Source: a virus
Length of the DNA stretch: 64,000 nt
Direction: 5' to 3' (one strand)
Virus record (IMG/VR): IMGVR_UViG_3300020477_000014
Coordinates: 125,713-189,712 of that record
The position numbers and the translations under genes were made by a program. Below are positions 19,520 to 28,915 of this stretch, in pieces; the first letter of the stretch is position 1, and each line of letters opens with the position of its first letter. The notes under the pieces are model-generated. The model ran no database searches, was not told the DNA's origin, and was given only the letters and a program-made list of their open reading frames with translations.

Positions 19520-20650
19520 GTGCCACGAAAAAAGAAGACGGAACCCAAAGCGGGACGCGTGTCTATTCAGGATCTGATATCGGTAGTAAACAAGAAAGCC
19601 GGCCGTGTAGTCGCACATGACTTGACCGGCGACAATCCCACACAAGTGAAAGAGTGGATCCCCACCGGATCCCGATGGTTAGATTCGATTATTTGCAAGG
19701 GAAAACTTAGCGGCATCCCGGTAGGTAAAGTCACAGAAATCGCCGGACTTCAGTCTACGGGCAAGTCTTATATGGCTGCTCAGATTGCGTCCAATGCTCA
19801 GAAGATGGGGAAGGTGATTGTTTACTTCGATTCGGAGTCGGCTATTGATCCGGAGTTCCTACTCCGGTCCGGATGTAATTTAAAGAAACTAATGTATATT
19901 CAAGCATTGTCAGTTGAATTTGTTCTCGAGACTATTGAAGATTTACTAGACAAAGGTGGAGATGAGGGCTTAGTTTTCATTTGGGATTCCCTGGCGTTTA
20001 CGCCTTGTGTTTCAGATGTAGAAGGAGACTTTAACCCTCAATCATCGATGGCAATGAAGGCGCGCATTTTGGCTAAAGGGATGTCTAAGTTGACCATTCC
20101 TATTGCTGATAAGCGAGCCACCTTTATCGTTCTTAATCAATTGAAGACTAACATTCCTCAAGGACCGAACGCCCGTATTCAAGCGATGACAACTCCATAT
20201 ACCACTCCTGGCGGGAAAGCGATGCACTACGCTTATTCTCTTCGCATTTGGCTCACCGGTCGCAAAGCCAAGAGTTCTTTTGTAGAAGATGACAAGGGGT
20301 TTAGAATAGGATCGGAAGTTAAAGTTAAACTAGAGAAATCTCGTTTTGGAACACAAGGTCGATCGTGTAATTTTCGGATCTTGTGGGGAACTGAAGATGT
20401 AGGAATTCAGTGTGATGAGAGCTTATTTGAGGCTGTTAAAAGTTCCGACAGTCTAACTAGTGCGGGGGCATGGTATACCCTTCGCATGGAGGATGGATCG
20501 ACCGTTAAGTTTCAGCCTTCCAAATGGAAAACCAAGATGCAAGATGAGACTTTCCGCAAGAGAATATATCAACTTATGGATGAAGAAGTGGTGATGAAAT
20601 TTGATCAAAGAACCGGAAACGCTGAAGATTTTTATGAACCTGATGCTTGA
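19520..20650 (+). CDS. recA: RecA/UvsX recombinase
   Basis: IPTGS, Walker A GLQSTGKS, FDSESAID, WDS, NQL, TPGGKAM. Confidence 0.95.
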   Translation: MPRKKKTEPKAGRVSIQDLISVVNKKAGRVVAHDLTGDNPTQVKEWIPTGSRWLDSIICKGKLSGIPVGKVTEIAGLQSTGKSYMAAQIASNAQKMGKVIVYFDSESAIDPEFLLRSGCNLKKLMYIQALSVEFVLETIEDLLDKGGDEGLVFIWDSLAFTPCVSDVEGDFNPQSSMAMKARILAKGMSKLTIPIADKRATFIVLNQLKTNIPQGPNARIQAMTTPYTTPGGKAMHYAYSLRIWLTGRKAKSSFVEDDKGFRIGSEVKVKLEKSRFGTQGRSCNFRILWGTEDVGIQCDESLFEAVKSSDSLTSAGAWYTLRMEDGSTVKFQPSKWKTKMQDETFRKRIYQLMDEEVVMKFDQRTGNAEDFYEPDA

Positions 20651-20675
20651 CAAACACCCGTGAGTGTGTTATAAT
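20647..20675 (+). promoter_or_regulatory. Sigma70-type promoter
   Basis: TTGACA-17-TATAAT with extended TG. Confidence 0.85.
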
Positions 20676-20677
20676 AT

Positions 20678-20705
20678 AGAGACGATGCAAATGTATCGTC
20701 TTTTT
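20678..20705 (+). terminator. Rho-independent terminator overlapping the promoter start site
   Basis: GACGATGC-AAAT-GTATCGTC then TTTTT. Confidence 0.6.
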
Positions 20706-20719
20706 ATCTGGAGGGATAA

Positions 20720-21703
20720 ATGAAGAGAGTATTAATTATCGATGCCTTAAATGCTTATTTAAGGGCGTACATCGTAGACCCCAGCTTGTCTCGACATGGG
20801 CAGCCGATCGGGGGACTGAAGGGGTTTGTGAAGATCCTTCAAAAATTAGTGAGGATCACCAAGCCCGATGAGGTGGTGGTGGTGTGGGATGGACCGAACG
20901 GCTCCAAAAAGCGCAAAACAATGGACAAAAACTATAAAGCTGGACGCAAGCCGATCCGTCTTAATAGATCAGTGCACAATCTTACGGATGACGAAGAGAT
21001 CCAAAACAAAGTATGGCAACAAGCTAGGATCATGGAGTATCTCAATAACATGCCTATCATTCAGACTATGTTGCCGGAGATTGAAGCAGACGATGTGATC
21101 GCCTACCTCACACAGATGGAATCTTATGAGGGCTGGCAGAAGATTATTGTATCTAACGACAAAGACTTTATGCAATTGTGCGACCAAGAAACTGTTCTAT
21201 GGCGCCCCACTAAGGATGAGTTTTTGAATACGAAACGCATCGTAGAACAGATCGGGGTTCATCCCGCCAATATGGCCTTGGCTCGAGCGATTATCGGAGA
21301 TCCATCCGACAACCTTCCAGGCATCAAGGGTGCGGGATTCGCGACGGTTGCCAAACGGTTAGGTTTCTTAGCCTCAGAAGAGTCATATACCATCGATAAG
21401 GTGGTTGACTTTTGTAGTAAGTCTAAGAGCACCCTTAAGTTTTTCACTAACGTTGTGGAGCAACGTGAGACGATTGAGCATAACTATAAAATGATGCAAT
21501 TATACATGCCGCAAATGTCGATCCAAGCCAAAGATTTTGTAAAGAATGCGGTGGTGAATTTTGAATGTGAGTTTAACCAGACTGCGATCTTGGGAATGAT
21601 GAGAGATGATGGCTTCGGTGAATTAAATTGGGAAGAACTAAAAGCCCACTTGAATCGTATTTCTCGCGAATGTTTTAAAGAATCTCGACAAGAAAATGCG
21701 TAA
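20720..21703 (+). CDS. 5'-3' exonuclease / flap endonuclease (PolA N-terminal domain, T4 RNase H-like)
   Basis: LIIDALN, VWDG, YKAGR, EADDVI, SNDKDFMQL, GDPSDNLPGIKG. Confidence 0.92.
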   Translation: MKRVLIIDALNAYLRAYIVDPSLSRHGQPIGGLKGFVKILQKLVRITKPDEVVVVWDGPNGSKKRKTMDKNYKAGRKPIRLNRSVHNLTDDEEIQNKVWQQARIMEYLNNMPIIQTMLPEIEADDVIAYLTQMESYEGWQKIIVSNDKDFMQLCDQETVLWRPTKDEFLNTKRIVEQIGVHPANMALARAIIGDPSDNLPGIKGAGFATVAKRLGFLASEESYTIDKVVDFCSKSKSTLKFFTNVVEQRETIEHNYKMMQLYMPQMSIQAKDFVKNAVVNFECEFNQTAILGMMRDDGFGELNWEELKAHLNRISRECFKESRQENA

Positions 21704-21708
21704 TGAAT

Positions 21709-21736
21709 TTGACATTTGGGATGAGTGTGTTATACT
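21709..21736 (+). promoter_or_regulatory. Sigma70-type promoter
   Basis: TTGACA-16-TATACT. Confidence 0.7.
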
Positions 21737-21760
21737 TAAAAGAGCTACGCGAGGGTTTAT

Positions 21761-23152
21761 ATGTTAGCTGAAAAAGCAAGTTTTGGAAGGTATGGGAAGA
21801 CCTTTCAAGAGGGACTAGTACAATTAATTTTTGAGGATCGTCCTTTTGCCGATCAAATTACGGAAGTTCTAGATGGCAACTTCCTAGAGTTAGAATATCT
21901 AAGAGTGTTTTTGCGAAAGATTTTAGAGTATCGCGCCAAATACAATCGACACCCTTCAGTGGAGGCGATGACTAGCATTCTTCGTACGGAATTGGAAAGC
22001 GAAAACGAGACTAGCCGAACTCAGGTTCGTGAATATTTTGTTAAAATACATTCGAGAGAGCTTACGGATCCAGAATATATTAAGGAAACTTCTTTGGATT
22101 TTTGTCGTAAACAAAATCTGAAAGAAGCGATGCTAAAATCAATTCCACTTTTGCAAAAAAATTCTTTTGATGAAATTTCGACGGTTATTAATGAGGCGTT
22201 AAAATTAGGATCGGAAAATAATTTTGGATACGATTATATTGCCGATTTTGAGAAACGGTTCGAGCCAAAATACAGACGTCCCGTATCTACGGGCTGGGCG
22301 GATATGGACAGCATTACTGGCGGCGGATTAGGTAAGAGCGAATTGGGAGTAGTTATTGCTCCCACAGGCGCCGGCAAATCTATGATATTGGTTCATCTAG
22401 GATCCGAGGGGATTAAGGAGGGAAAAACAGTTATTCACTATACGTTGGAGTTGCAAGATACTGTTATTGCCACGCGTTATGATAGTTGTATAACTGGGTA
22501 TCCCCTTTCAGATATAATTAACTTCAAAGATGAAGTGTATGATGAGATCAAAAACATTGAAGGCTCTCTTATTGTCAAAGAATATCCCACCAAATCTGCC
22601 AACACCAACACTATTCGTGCCCACCTATCTAGACTTATAAAACGAGGGATTAAACCGGGTATGATTATTGTTGATTATGCGGATCTTTTAAAGCCTGTTA
22701 CGGTTCGAAAAGAGAAAAGAAATGAATTGGAATCTATTTATGAAGAGCTACGAGCAATTTCCACGGAGTTTCAATGTCCTATCTGGACGGCATCACAAAC
22801 GAATCGTTCAGGATTGAGTGCTGAGGTGATCACCATGGAACAAATCTCGGAAGCTTTTAATAAGTGTTTTGTTGCTGATTTTATTTTTTCAGTTTCTAGA
22901 ACAATTGAGGACAAACAAAACAATCAGGGGAAAATTTTTATTGCCAAGAACCGCAATGGCCCTGATGGGATGGTTTATAATATTTTTATGGACACCAGCA
23001 ATGTGAAGATTAAGATTTTGCCGAAAGCCGTTACGTCTCCGTTGGCAGCATCCGGACAAACCGCCCCCGTAGTGACGTCTCCAGTGTCTTTGAGTCCTAA
23101 GATGCAGCAAGACTTGTTACGAAATAAATATGCTAAATTAAAGAGGAAATAA
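21761..23152 (+). CDS. dnaB: Replicative DnaB/gp41-like helicase
   Basis: Walker A APTGAGKS, YTLEL, IIVDYADL, TASQTNR, KNRNGPDG. Confidence 0.92.
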   Translation: MLAEKASFGRYGKTFQEGLVQLIFEDRPFADQITEVLDGNFLELEYLRVFLRKILEYRAKYNRHPSVEAMTSILRTELESENETSRTQVREYFVKIHSRELTDPEYIKETSLDFCRKQNLKEAMLKSIPLLQKNSFDEISTVINEALKLGSENNFGYDYIADFEKRFEPKYRRPVSTGWADMDSITGGGLGKSELGVVIAPTGAGKSMILVHLGSEGIKEGKTVIHYTLELQDTVIATRYDSCITGYPLSDIINFKDEVYDEIKNIEGSLIVKEYPTKSANTNTIRAHLSRLIKRGIKPGMIIVDYADLLKPVTVRKEKRNELESIYEELRAISTEFQCPIWTASQTNRSGLSAEVITMEQISEAFNKCFVADFIFSVSRTIEDKQNNQGKIFIAKNRNGPDGMVYNIFMDTSNVKIKILPKAVTSPLAASGQTAPVVTSPVSLSPKMQQDLLRNKYAKLKRK

Positions 23153-23155
23153 AAT

Positions 23156-25123
23156 ATGAGAAATACGCGAGCAATTCGTCGGTTTCGACTTTCGGAACCT
23201 TTTGTCGAGCCCTATAAAACAGCCGACGTTCCATGGGGGCCGTTAGGATATGTTACCTTTAAGCGCACTTACGCGCGACGTCTCAGCGAGTTTGACGACG
23301 GCGCCGGTGGTACCGAAGAGTGGTGGCAGACATGCCGCCGCGTGGTTGAGGGCATGTTTAATATGCAGAAACAGCACGTGGTCACACTCGGATTAGAGTG
23401 GAATGACGCCAAGGCACAAAAAACAGCCAAGGAGGCATTTGATCGCCTCTTCCATCTGAAGTGGACTCCCCCCGGTCGCGGTTTGTGGATGATGGGAACC
23501 AAGTTTGTAGAAGAGCGAACAGCCGCCGGCCTTTTTAATTGTGCCTTTAGATCTACCAGAGATATAGCGCACAAGGGAGGCTATCTCTTTGCGTGGATGA
23601 TGGACGCTCTAATGGTGGGCATTGGCGTAGGTTTTGATACCGAAGGTGAGGGAACTATCACGATCAAAGAACCCCAGTACAATAACGATACTTATGTGAT
23701 TGATGATTCTCGCGAAGGGTGGGTTAACAGCGTTCACATTCTATTGGACGGCTTTTTCTTTGGAGACAAGGTACCTAAATTTGACTATTCTGCTATTCGC
23801 CCCCAAGGTGCACCAATTAAAGGGTTCGGAGGCACCTCTAGTGGCGCTGGGCCTCTAAAAGAGTTGCATGAGAATCTAGTCGACTTGTTTTCTCCCAAGG
23901 TGGGAGAACCTATTTCGTCCGTAGACATTGTGGACACCGAAAACCTCATTGGTCGCTGTGTGGTCGCCGGCAATGTTCGCCGATCGGCTGCCTTGGCTAT
24001 GGGAAAATATAACGACCGTCGCTATCTCGAGATGAAAAATGATCAAGAGAAACTATACCATCACCGCTGGGGATCCAACAATTCCTTCAATGCGTTGGTG
24101 GGTATGGACTATACGTGGCATGCGGCTCAATCTCAAAAGAACGGAGAGCCCGGATACATCTGGCTTAATAATGCGAGAACTCGTGGTCGCTTTAAAGATC
24201 CAGAGCGCTATGACGACATTAATGTCGCAGGGTTTAACCCCTGTGTGGAACAACAATTAGAAGACGCAGAGCTTTGTTGTTTGGTAGAAACGTTTCCCGC
24301 CAAACATGACACATATGAAGACTATCTGCGCACCCTTAAGATAGCCTATTTGTATGGAAAGACTGTAACCCTCTCCAATACACACTGGCCCGAGACTAAT
24401 GCTAAAATGCTAAAGAATCGTCGTATTGGCTTATCTCAATCTGGAGTGGTCCAGGCGTTTAATCGTCACGGGCGCCGCGAGATGCTTAACTGGTGCGACA
24501 ACGCCTACCAGCACGTGTTAGAGTTGGATGAAGAATATTCTAACTGGCTTTGTATTCCTAAGTCAGTGCGCATGACCTCGATTAAGCCATCGGGAACCGT
24601 TTCGCTTCTTAATGGATCCACACCCGGGATTCACCATCCTGAAGACGAATACTATATTCGGCGTATACGCTTCTCAAAAGACTCAGAGCTTCTTGCGAAG
24701 CTAGAGCAAGCTGGGTATGTAATTGAGGAAGATAGCTATTCTCCCAATACGATGGTGGTGGAATTTCCTGTGCACGAGCCTTATTTCAGCAAGGGCAAGA
24801 GAGACGTCAGTATGTGGGAACAGTTAGAGATTGCCGCCCAATACCAACATTATTGGGCAGACAATAGTGTTTCCATCACGGTCACATTTCAAGAGCACGA
24901 AGCAAGCCAGCTAAAGTCAGCGTTAGAAATGTATGAAACGCGGCTGAAGGCGGTTTCTTTTATTAAATACGCCCAAACAGGATACAAGCAGGCTCCTTAC
25001 GAGCCTATCACGCAAGAGCAATACGAAACCATGTCATCGCGAATTACGCCCGTCACCAATTTTCAAACAGAACAACAAGGAAACGGCACCAAATTCTGTG
25101 ATGGCGACTCATGTATCATATAG
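23156..25123 (+). CDS. nrdJ: Class II (B12-dependent, monomeric RTPR-type) ribonucleotide reductase
   Basis: PPGRGLW, FNCAF, GNVRRSA, FNPCVEQ, LCCLVE, TSIKPSGTVS, C-terminal CDGDSC. Confidence 0.92.
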   Translation: MRNTRAIRRFRLSEPFVEPYKTADVPWGPLGYVTFKRTYARRLSEFDDGAGGTEEWWQTCRRVVEGMFNMQKQHVVTLGLEWNDAKAQKTAKEAFDRLFHLKWTPPGRGLWMMGTKFVEERTAAGLFNCAFRSTRDIAHKGGYLFAWMMDALMVGIGVGFDTEGEGTITIKEPQYNNDTYVIDDSREGWVNSVHILLDGFFFGDKVPKFDYSAIRPQGAPIKGFGGTSSGAGPLKELHENLVDLFSPKVGEPISSVDIVDTENLIGRCVVAGNVRRSAALAMGKYNDRRYLEMKNDQEKLYHHRWGSNNSFNALVGMDYTWHAAQSQKNGEPGYIWLNNARTRGRFKDPERYDDINVAGFNPCVEQQLEDAELCCLVETFPAKHDTYEDYLRTLKIAYLYGKTVTLSNTHWPETNAKMLKNRRIGLSQSGVVQAFNRHGRREMLNWCDNAYQHVLELDEEYSNWLCIPKSVRMTSIKPSGTVSLLNGSTPGIHHPEDEYYIRRIRFSKDSELLAKLEQAGYVIEEDSYSPNTMVVEFPVHEPYFSKGKRDVSMWEQLEIAAQYQHYWADNSVSITVTFQEHEASQLKSALEMYETRLKAVSFIKYAQTGYKQAPYEPITQEQYETMSSRITPVTNFQTEQQGNGTKFCDGDSCII

Positions 25124-25132
25124 GAGAGAGTA

Positions 25133-25438
25133 ATGTTTAAACCCCTTAATCGTTATTTATTAATAGAAAAGCCATCTCAAAAGCCAAACGAAACCCAATC
25201 AGGTATCGTGCTGCCAGATGATTATAAGCCGATAGAAGCACCTCACGTGGTTGTTAAATTAGTAGACTATGCAGAAGATGTGAGATTCAAGCAAGATCTG
25301 CGCGGCTTAGAGAGTCAGGTTGCCGTTAATGAATTGTACGTAATGGTGGACAGATCTATGATCGAGGAAATTGTTCATAATGGAACTAATTACTGCATGA
25401 TCCTTGACAATTATGTGAAAGGAGTTTTTACGAAATAG
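25133..25438 (+). CDS. groES: GroES-like co-chaperonin
   Basis: FKPLNRYLLIEK and mobile loop TQSGIVLP; about 100 aa. Confidence 0.7.
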   Translation: MFKPLNRYLLIEKPSQKPNETQSGIVLPDDYKPIEAPHVVVKLVDYAEDVRFKQDLRGLESQVAVNELYVMVDRSMIEEIVHNGTNYCMILDNYVKGVFTK

Positions 25439-25451
25439 GGGTATTCGTTTA

Positions 25452-26363
25452 ATGGCGATAGACAAGAATTTTTACAATCAAGCATCGGCAGCCAAGCTTG
25501 GGTGGACGCCGAATTGGTTTGGAGAAAAACACTTTGATGAGCGCTTAGTGCGCGCAGTTAAGAAGTGGCAGAAAGCGCATGGACTGAGTGGCGATGGACT
25601 GGTCGGACCCATGACTTATGCGCGGGTTTGGACAGAGCGACAGGGTGAGATTGATGAACACAAGCCGGACGCTAGCTCTATAAAATACTCTAATTATATT
25701 GTATACAATAGCGAGTTTTATCCTATTAACTGGGACAAGGTGGTGTTGTGGTCAGAGGACGCAGGCATGAAGGCGGCGCCAGGAAATTATTATGATTACA
25801 CCGGGCGATCCAAGCGCGGTATTCGTCTCTTCGTTAATCACTGGGATGTATGTTTGAATTCTAAATCCTGTCAGCGTGTTCTTAACAATAGAGGAATTTC
25901 GGTTCATTTTTTGATTGACAACGATGGCACCATCTATCAAACTTTAGATATGCAGCACGGCGCTTTCCACGCTGGTCACCAACGAACTAATCGAGCGTCG
26001 GTGGGAGTTGAAATTTCTAATGCATTCTATCCCAAATACCAAAATTGGTACAAGAGAAATGGGTACGGAAAAAGACCACTAGTAAAGGGAGCGAGCGTCC
26101 ACGGAAGACCTATAGAAACTTTCACGGATTTCTACCCCATTCAAATTGAGGCTGCCAAAGCTCTGTGGGAAGCGGTCGAAGGATGTACAGATGTGGAATT
26201 TGAAACACCTTTGGAGTCTGGAAAGACATCCATGAAATATGAGCAACATGTAGTGTATGGAAATTATAAAGGGATCGTCAGCCACTATCATTGTAGTAAG
26301 AAAAAAATGGACTGTGCGAACCTAGACATAAGAAAGTTACTAAATGACCTTGCCGAAGAGTAG
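25452..26363 (+). CDS. Endolysin: peptidoglycan-binding domain plus Amidase_2 N-acetylmuramoyl-L-alanine amidase
   Basis: AVKKWQKAHGLSGDGLVGPMT; HWD, SVHFLIDNDGTIYQ, FHAG, SVGVEI, HYH. Confidence 0.88.
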   Translation: MAIDKNFYNQASAAKLGWTPNWFGEKHFDERLVRAVKKWQKAHGLSGDGLVGPMTYARVWTERQGEIDEHKPDASSIKYSNYIVYNSEFYPINWDKVVLWSEDAGMKAAPGNYYDYTGRSKRGIRLFVNHWDVCLNSKSCQRVLNNRGISVHFLIDNDGTIYQTLDMQHGAFHAGHQRTNRASVGVEISNAFYPKYQNWYKRNGYGKRPLVKGASVHGRPIETFTDFYPIQIEAAKALWEAVEGCTDVEFETPLESGKTSMKYEQHVVYGNYKGIVSHYHCSKKKMDCANLDIRKLLNDLAEE

Positions 26364-26378
26364 AAAGTGTGTTATAAT
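26350..26378 (+). promoter_or_regulatory. Sigma70-type promoter
   Basis: TTGCCG-17-TATAAT with extended TG. Confidence 0.7.
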
Positions 26379-26401
26379 ATAATGTACAAAAGAGGTGAAA
26401 T

Positions 26402-27139
26402 TTGGAAAGTAATTATACAAAGACCATCCCACTCTATGGTGATGGCATTGGCAAAGTGGAATATGTGGACCACATGGGAACAGATCTTACAGTTGTCAAT
26501 AGCGCTCGCGTTAGTTTTGGAAAGCACAAGAAGGATTTAGATGGTCGAGACACAAAACTCATCAAATACCTGATTAACCACCGCCACACGTCAACACTGG
26601 AACATTGTAGTGTGACGTTTAGATTTAAAGTGCCGATGTTTGTGCGGAGCCAACACCATCGCCATCGCACGTGGTCTTATAATGAGATATCGAGACGCTA
26701 TACGGATTTTAATATTGAGTTTTATGAGCCCAAACAATTTAGAACCCAACACACATCCAATCGACAAGCCAGCAATCCGGACGATGTTGTTAATCCCCTC
26801 CTGGAACGCTATGATCCCGCATGTAGCCATCCCATGCGTATTTTAGCATCGCGGATCATCCAAGAACACAATAACGAATCGCTTAAGTTATTTGATGATC
26901 TCATGAGCGCCGGCGTTTGCCGAGAGCAGGCTCGCGGTGTCCTTCCTCAGAGCATGTATACTGAATATTATGGCACCGTCAATCTTAATAATCTCCTAAA
27001 GTTTGTTGACCTTCGAATACATGCCGGCGCACAATGGGAGATTCAAGAAGCTGCCAAAGCATGCTTAGAGATAGCGACAGATCTTTGGCCAGTTACGGTA
27101 AACGCTTACCGAGATCTTCGGATCGATCGAGCCAAATGA
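26402..27139 (+). CDS. thyX: Flavin-dependent thymidylate synthase
   Basis: VVNSARVSF, HTSTLEH, RHRTWSYNEISRRY, REQARGVLPQ, HAQWEI. Confidence 0.97.
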   Translation: MESNYTKTIPLYGDGIGKVEYVDHMGTDLTVVNSARVSFGKHKKDLDGRDTKLIKYLINHRHTSTLEHCSVTFRFKVPMFVRSQHHRHRTWSYNEISRRYTDFNIEFYEPKQFRTQHTSNRQASNPDDVVNPLLERYDPACSHPMRILASRIIQEHNNESLKLFDDLMSAGVCREQARGVLPQSMYTEYYGTVNLNNLLKFVDLRIHAGAQWEIQEAAKACLEIATDLWPVTVNAYRDLRIDRAK

Positions 27140-28044
27140 TAGCGCACGATAAGGTTGTGGTAGGTAGCTCCTTGTCGGCGGCGATGTTTGCGTTTAATAA
27201 CCAATATCCGTTATTGTTTTCTCGTCCGGAATATTCTTTTCGCTTTGATTACTTCCCACCAGGTATGGATTTGTCTTTTATTGGGATTGAACCCATGGAC
27301 AAAGAACTTAAGACGTTTGGGGAACCCAAGCTAGTGGGAACACCCCGTCGCGTTTTGTGGGAGACTATCATTTTTGCTTTGTCGGTGGACGGGCTCTGTC
27401 CTCTTAGTGATTTATGTTATTCGATGCGGAACGTAGATGGTCGTATTACTTGTTCTAGCGAATATTTTAGAATAGGAGAGTTTCAAGTTAGCGAATGCGT
27501 ATATTTTGGCGACGACAATGCTCAGGGCTTTGTAACCGAACGAGAGCCCGCCATCAAAAAGTATATCTGTTATGACTGGATAGCCATCAACAAAGGTGGC
27601 AAGATATCTCAGGATTATTTTAAGACCTCAGACGACTTCGTTAACGAAGTGTGGCTATATTCATCCGATCGTATCGATGGTGATACTGGCGTTAAAGATG
27701 CGTGTGTGATTTCATACCTAACACAGCAACAGCTAAAAGATTTCGACTATTCAGAAACGATGGCGCGCTTTAAAATGTTAGATGAAATGGAGAAACGAGG
27801 ACTTAAAGGACCGCAGAACGGTCTTACCACCGCCGGCAACCCTAAGCACTATAAGATCCGCGCCACGCATATGCGGAGAGAAAAGAAGAAGAATTACGAG
27901 AGAGATTGGACTCCCCATGTGTGTGTGGTGATTCCCGACGTTAATGAAGAAGATTTGCTCCTGGAATTTAAAGAGAAGAGTCAATCTAATGATACATTTT
28001 TGAGGTTTTATAGTGCATTTAGCGGGAATAATACCGGTCGCTAA
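27136..28044 (+). CDS. Hypothetical protein with degenerate Rossmann-like N-terminus
   Basis: KVVVGSSLSAAMFA resembles a weak FAD-binding start. Confidence 0.55.
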   Translation: MIAHDKVVVGSSLSAAMFAFNNQYPLLFSRPEYSFRFDYFPPGMDLSFIGIEPMDKELKTFGEPKLVGTPRRVLWETIIFALSVDGLCPLSDLCYSMRNVDGRITCSSEYFRIGEFQVSECVYFGDDNAQGFVTEREPAIKKYICYDWIAINKGGKISQDYFKTSDDFVNEVWLYSSDRIDGDTGVKDACVISYLTQQQLKDFDYSETMARFKMLDEMEKRGLKGPQNGLTTAGNPKHYKIRATHMRREKKKNYERDWTPHVCVVIPDVNEEDLLLEFKEKSQSNDTFLRFYSAFSGNNTGR

Positions 28045-28915
28045 TTTAAAGACCGATTTGCAGACAGTTTTCCCCGAGGTCCTATTGCCTCTGGCGCCAG
28101 ATTTTACTGCTATTCAGAAGTCAGTATATGAATGTGCTTTGGTCGGCTGCCAAACGATCTGGGTTGTAGCCAATAATGATCTGGCTCCAATCGTGCGCAA
28201 GAGCGTCGGTGAGTGGGTTTATGATCCGGTGTATTATAATCGCACAATGACGCAGTTTTATAGGGAAGTAAGGAAAGAGATACCTATTTACTATGTCCCT
28301 ATCCACCCCAAGGATCGGGATAGGCGAGATTGTTATGCATGGTCCATTCTTTATGGCGCTTATAGCGCGTGGTCGGTAGCCTATAAAATTTCTAAATGGG
28401 TGAGACCTGAAAAATATTATGTTTCTTTTCCGTTATCTGCTTATAAGCTTGACTTCTTGCGAAGAGAAAGACTATCTATAGCTAATAAAGAAAAGAACTT
28501 TTTTCTTTCTTATGAAGATAAGACCATTAAAGACAATTTGCCTTTAGCATTTACATTTACAGGAGATGATTTTATAAAATGCCGCCGAGATCTAAACAAA
28601 AAGACAACAAGGGAATTTTTACCCCCTTCACCCGACCAACGGTACCCGTCACAAAAGAGGCCTCTAGCCGACAGGTGGAGCGCGAGAACGTTCGACCTCT
28701 CCACGGTTTTTGAGCAGCTAACACTTTCCGACAGCAATATTGTTCCTATAGAAAAGTTCTACGATCTTTCTGAGTGGGGACAGTATTGTGCTTTTTTATG
28801 TCAAGAAAGTGACAAATTAATAAAAAAACCATATAAAGACTTGATCAAACCAAGATTTCATGTTAAATTACCATATACATCATCAGGAGGGAAAGATGAA
28901 GAAATCGAAGATTAA
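28013..28915 (+). CDS. Divergent NTP-transferase (sugar nucleotidyltransferase-like) fold protein
   Basis: LAGIIPVA...PEVLLPL...ECALVGCQTIWVV resembles the RmlA/GlmU N-terminus without the GxGTR motif. Confidence 0.5.
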   Translation: MHLAGIIPVANLKTDLQTVFPEVLLPLAPDFTAIQKSVYECALVGCQTIWVVANNDLAPIVRKSVGEWVYDPVYYNRTMTQFYREVRKEIPIYYVPIHPKDRDRRDCYAWSILYGAYSAWSVAYKISKWVRPEKYYVSFPLSAYKLDFLRRERLSIANKEKNFFLSYEDKTIKDNLPLAFTFTGDDFIKCRRDLNKKTTREFLPPSPDQRYPSQKRPLADRWSARTFDLSTVFEQLTLSDSNIVPIEKFYDLSEWGQYCAFLCQESDKLIKKPYKDLIKPRFHVKLPYTSSGGKDEEIED

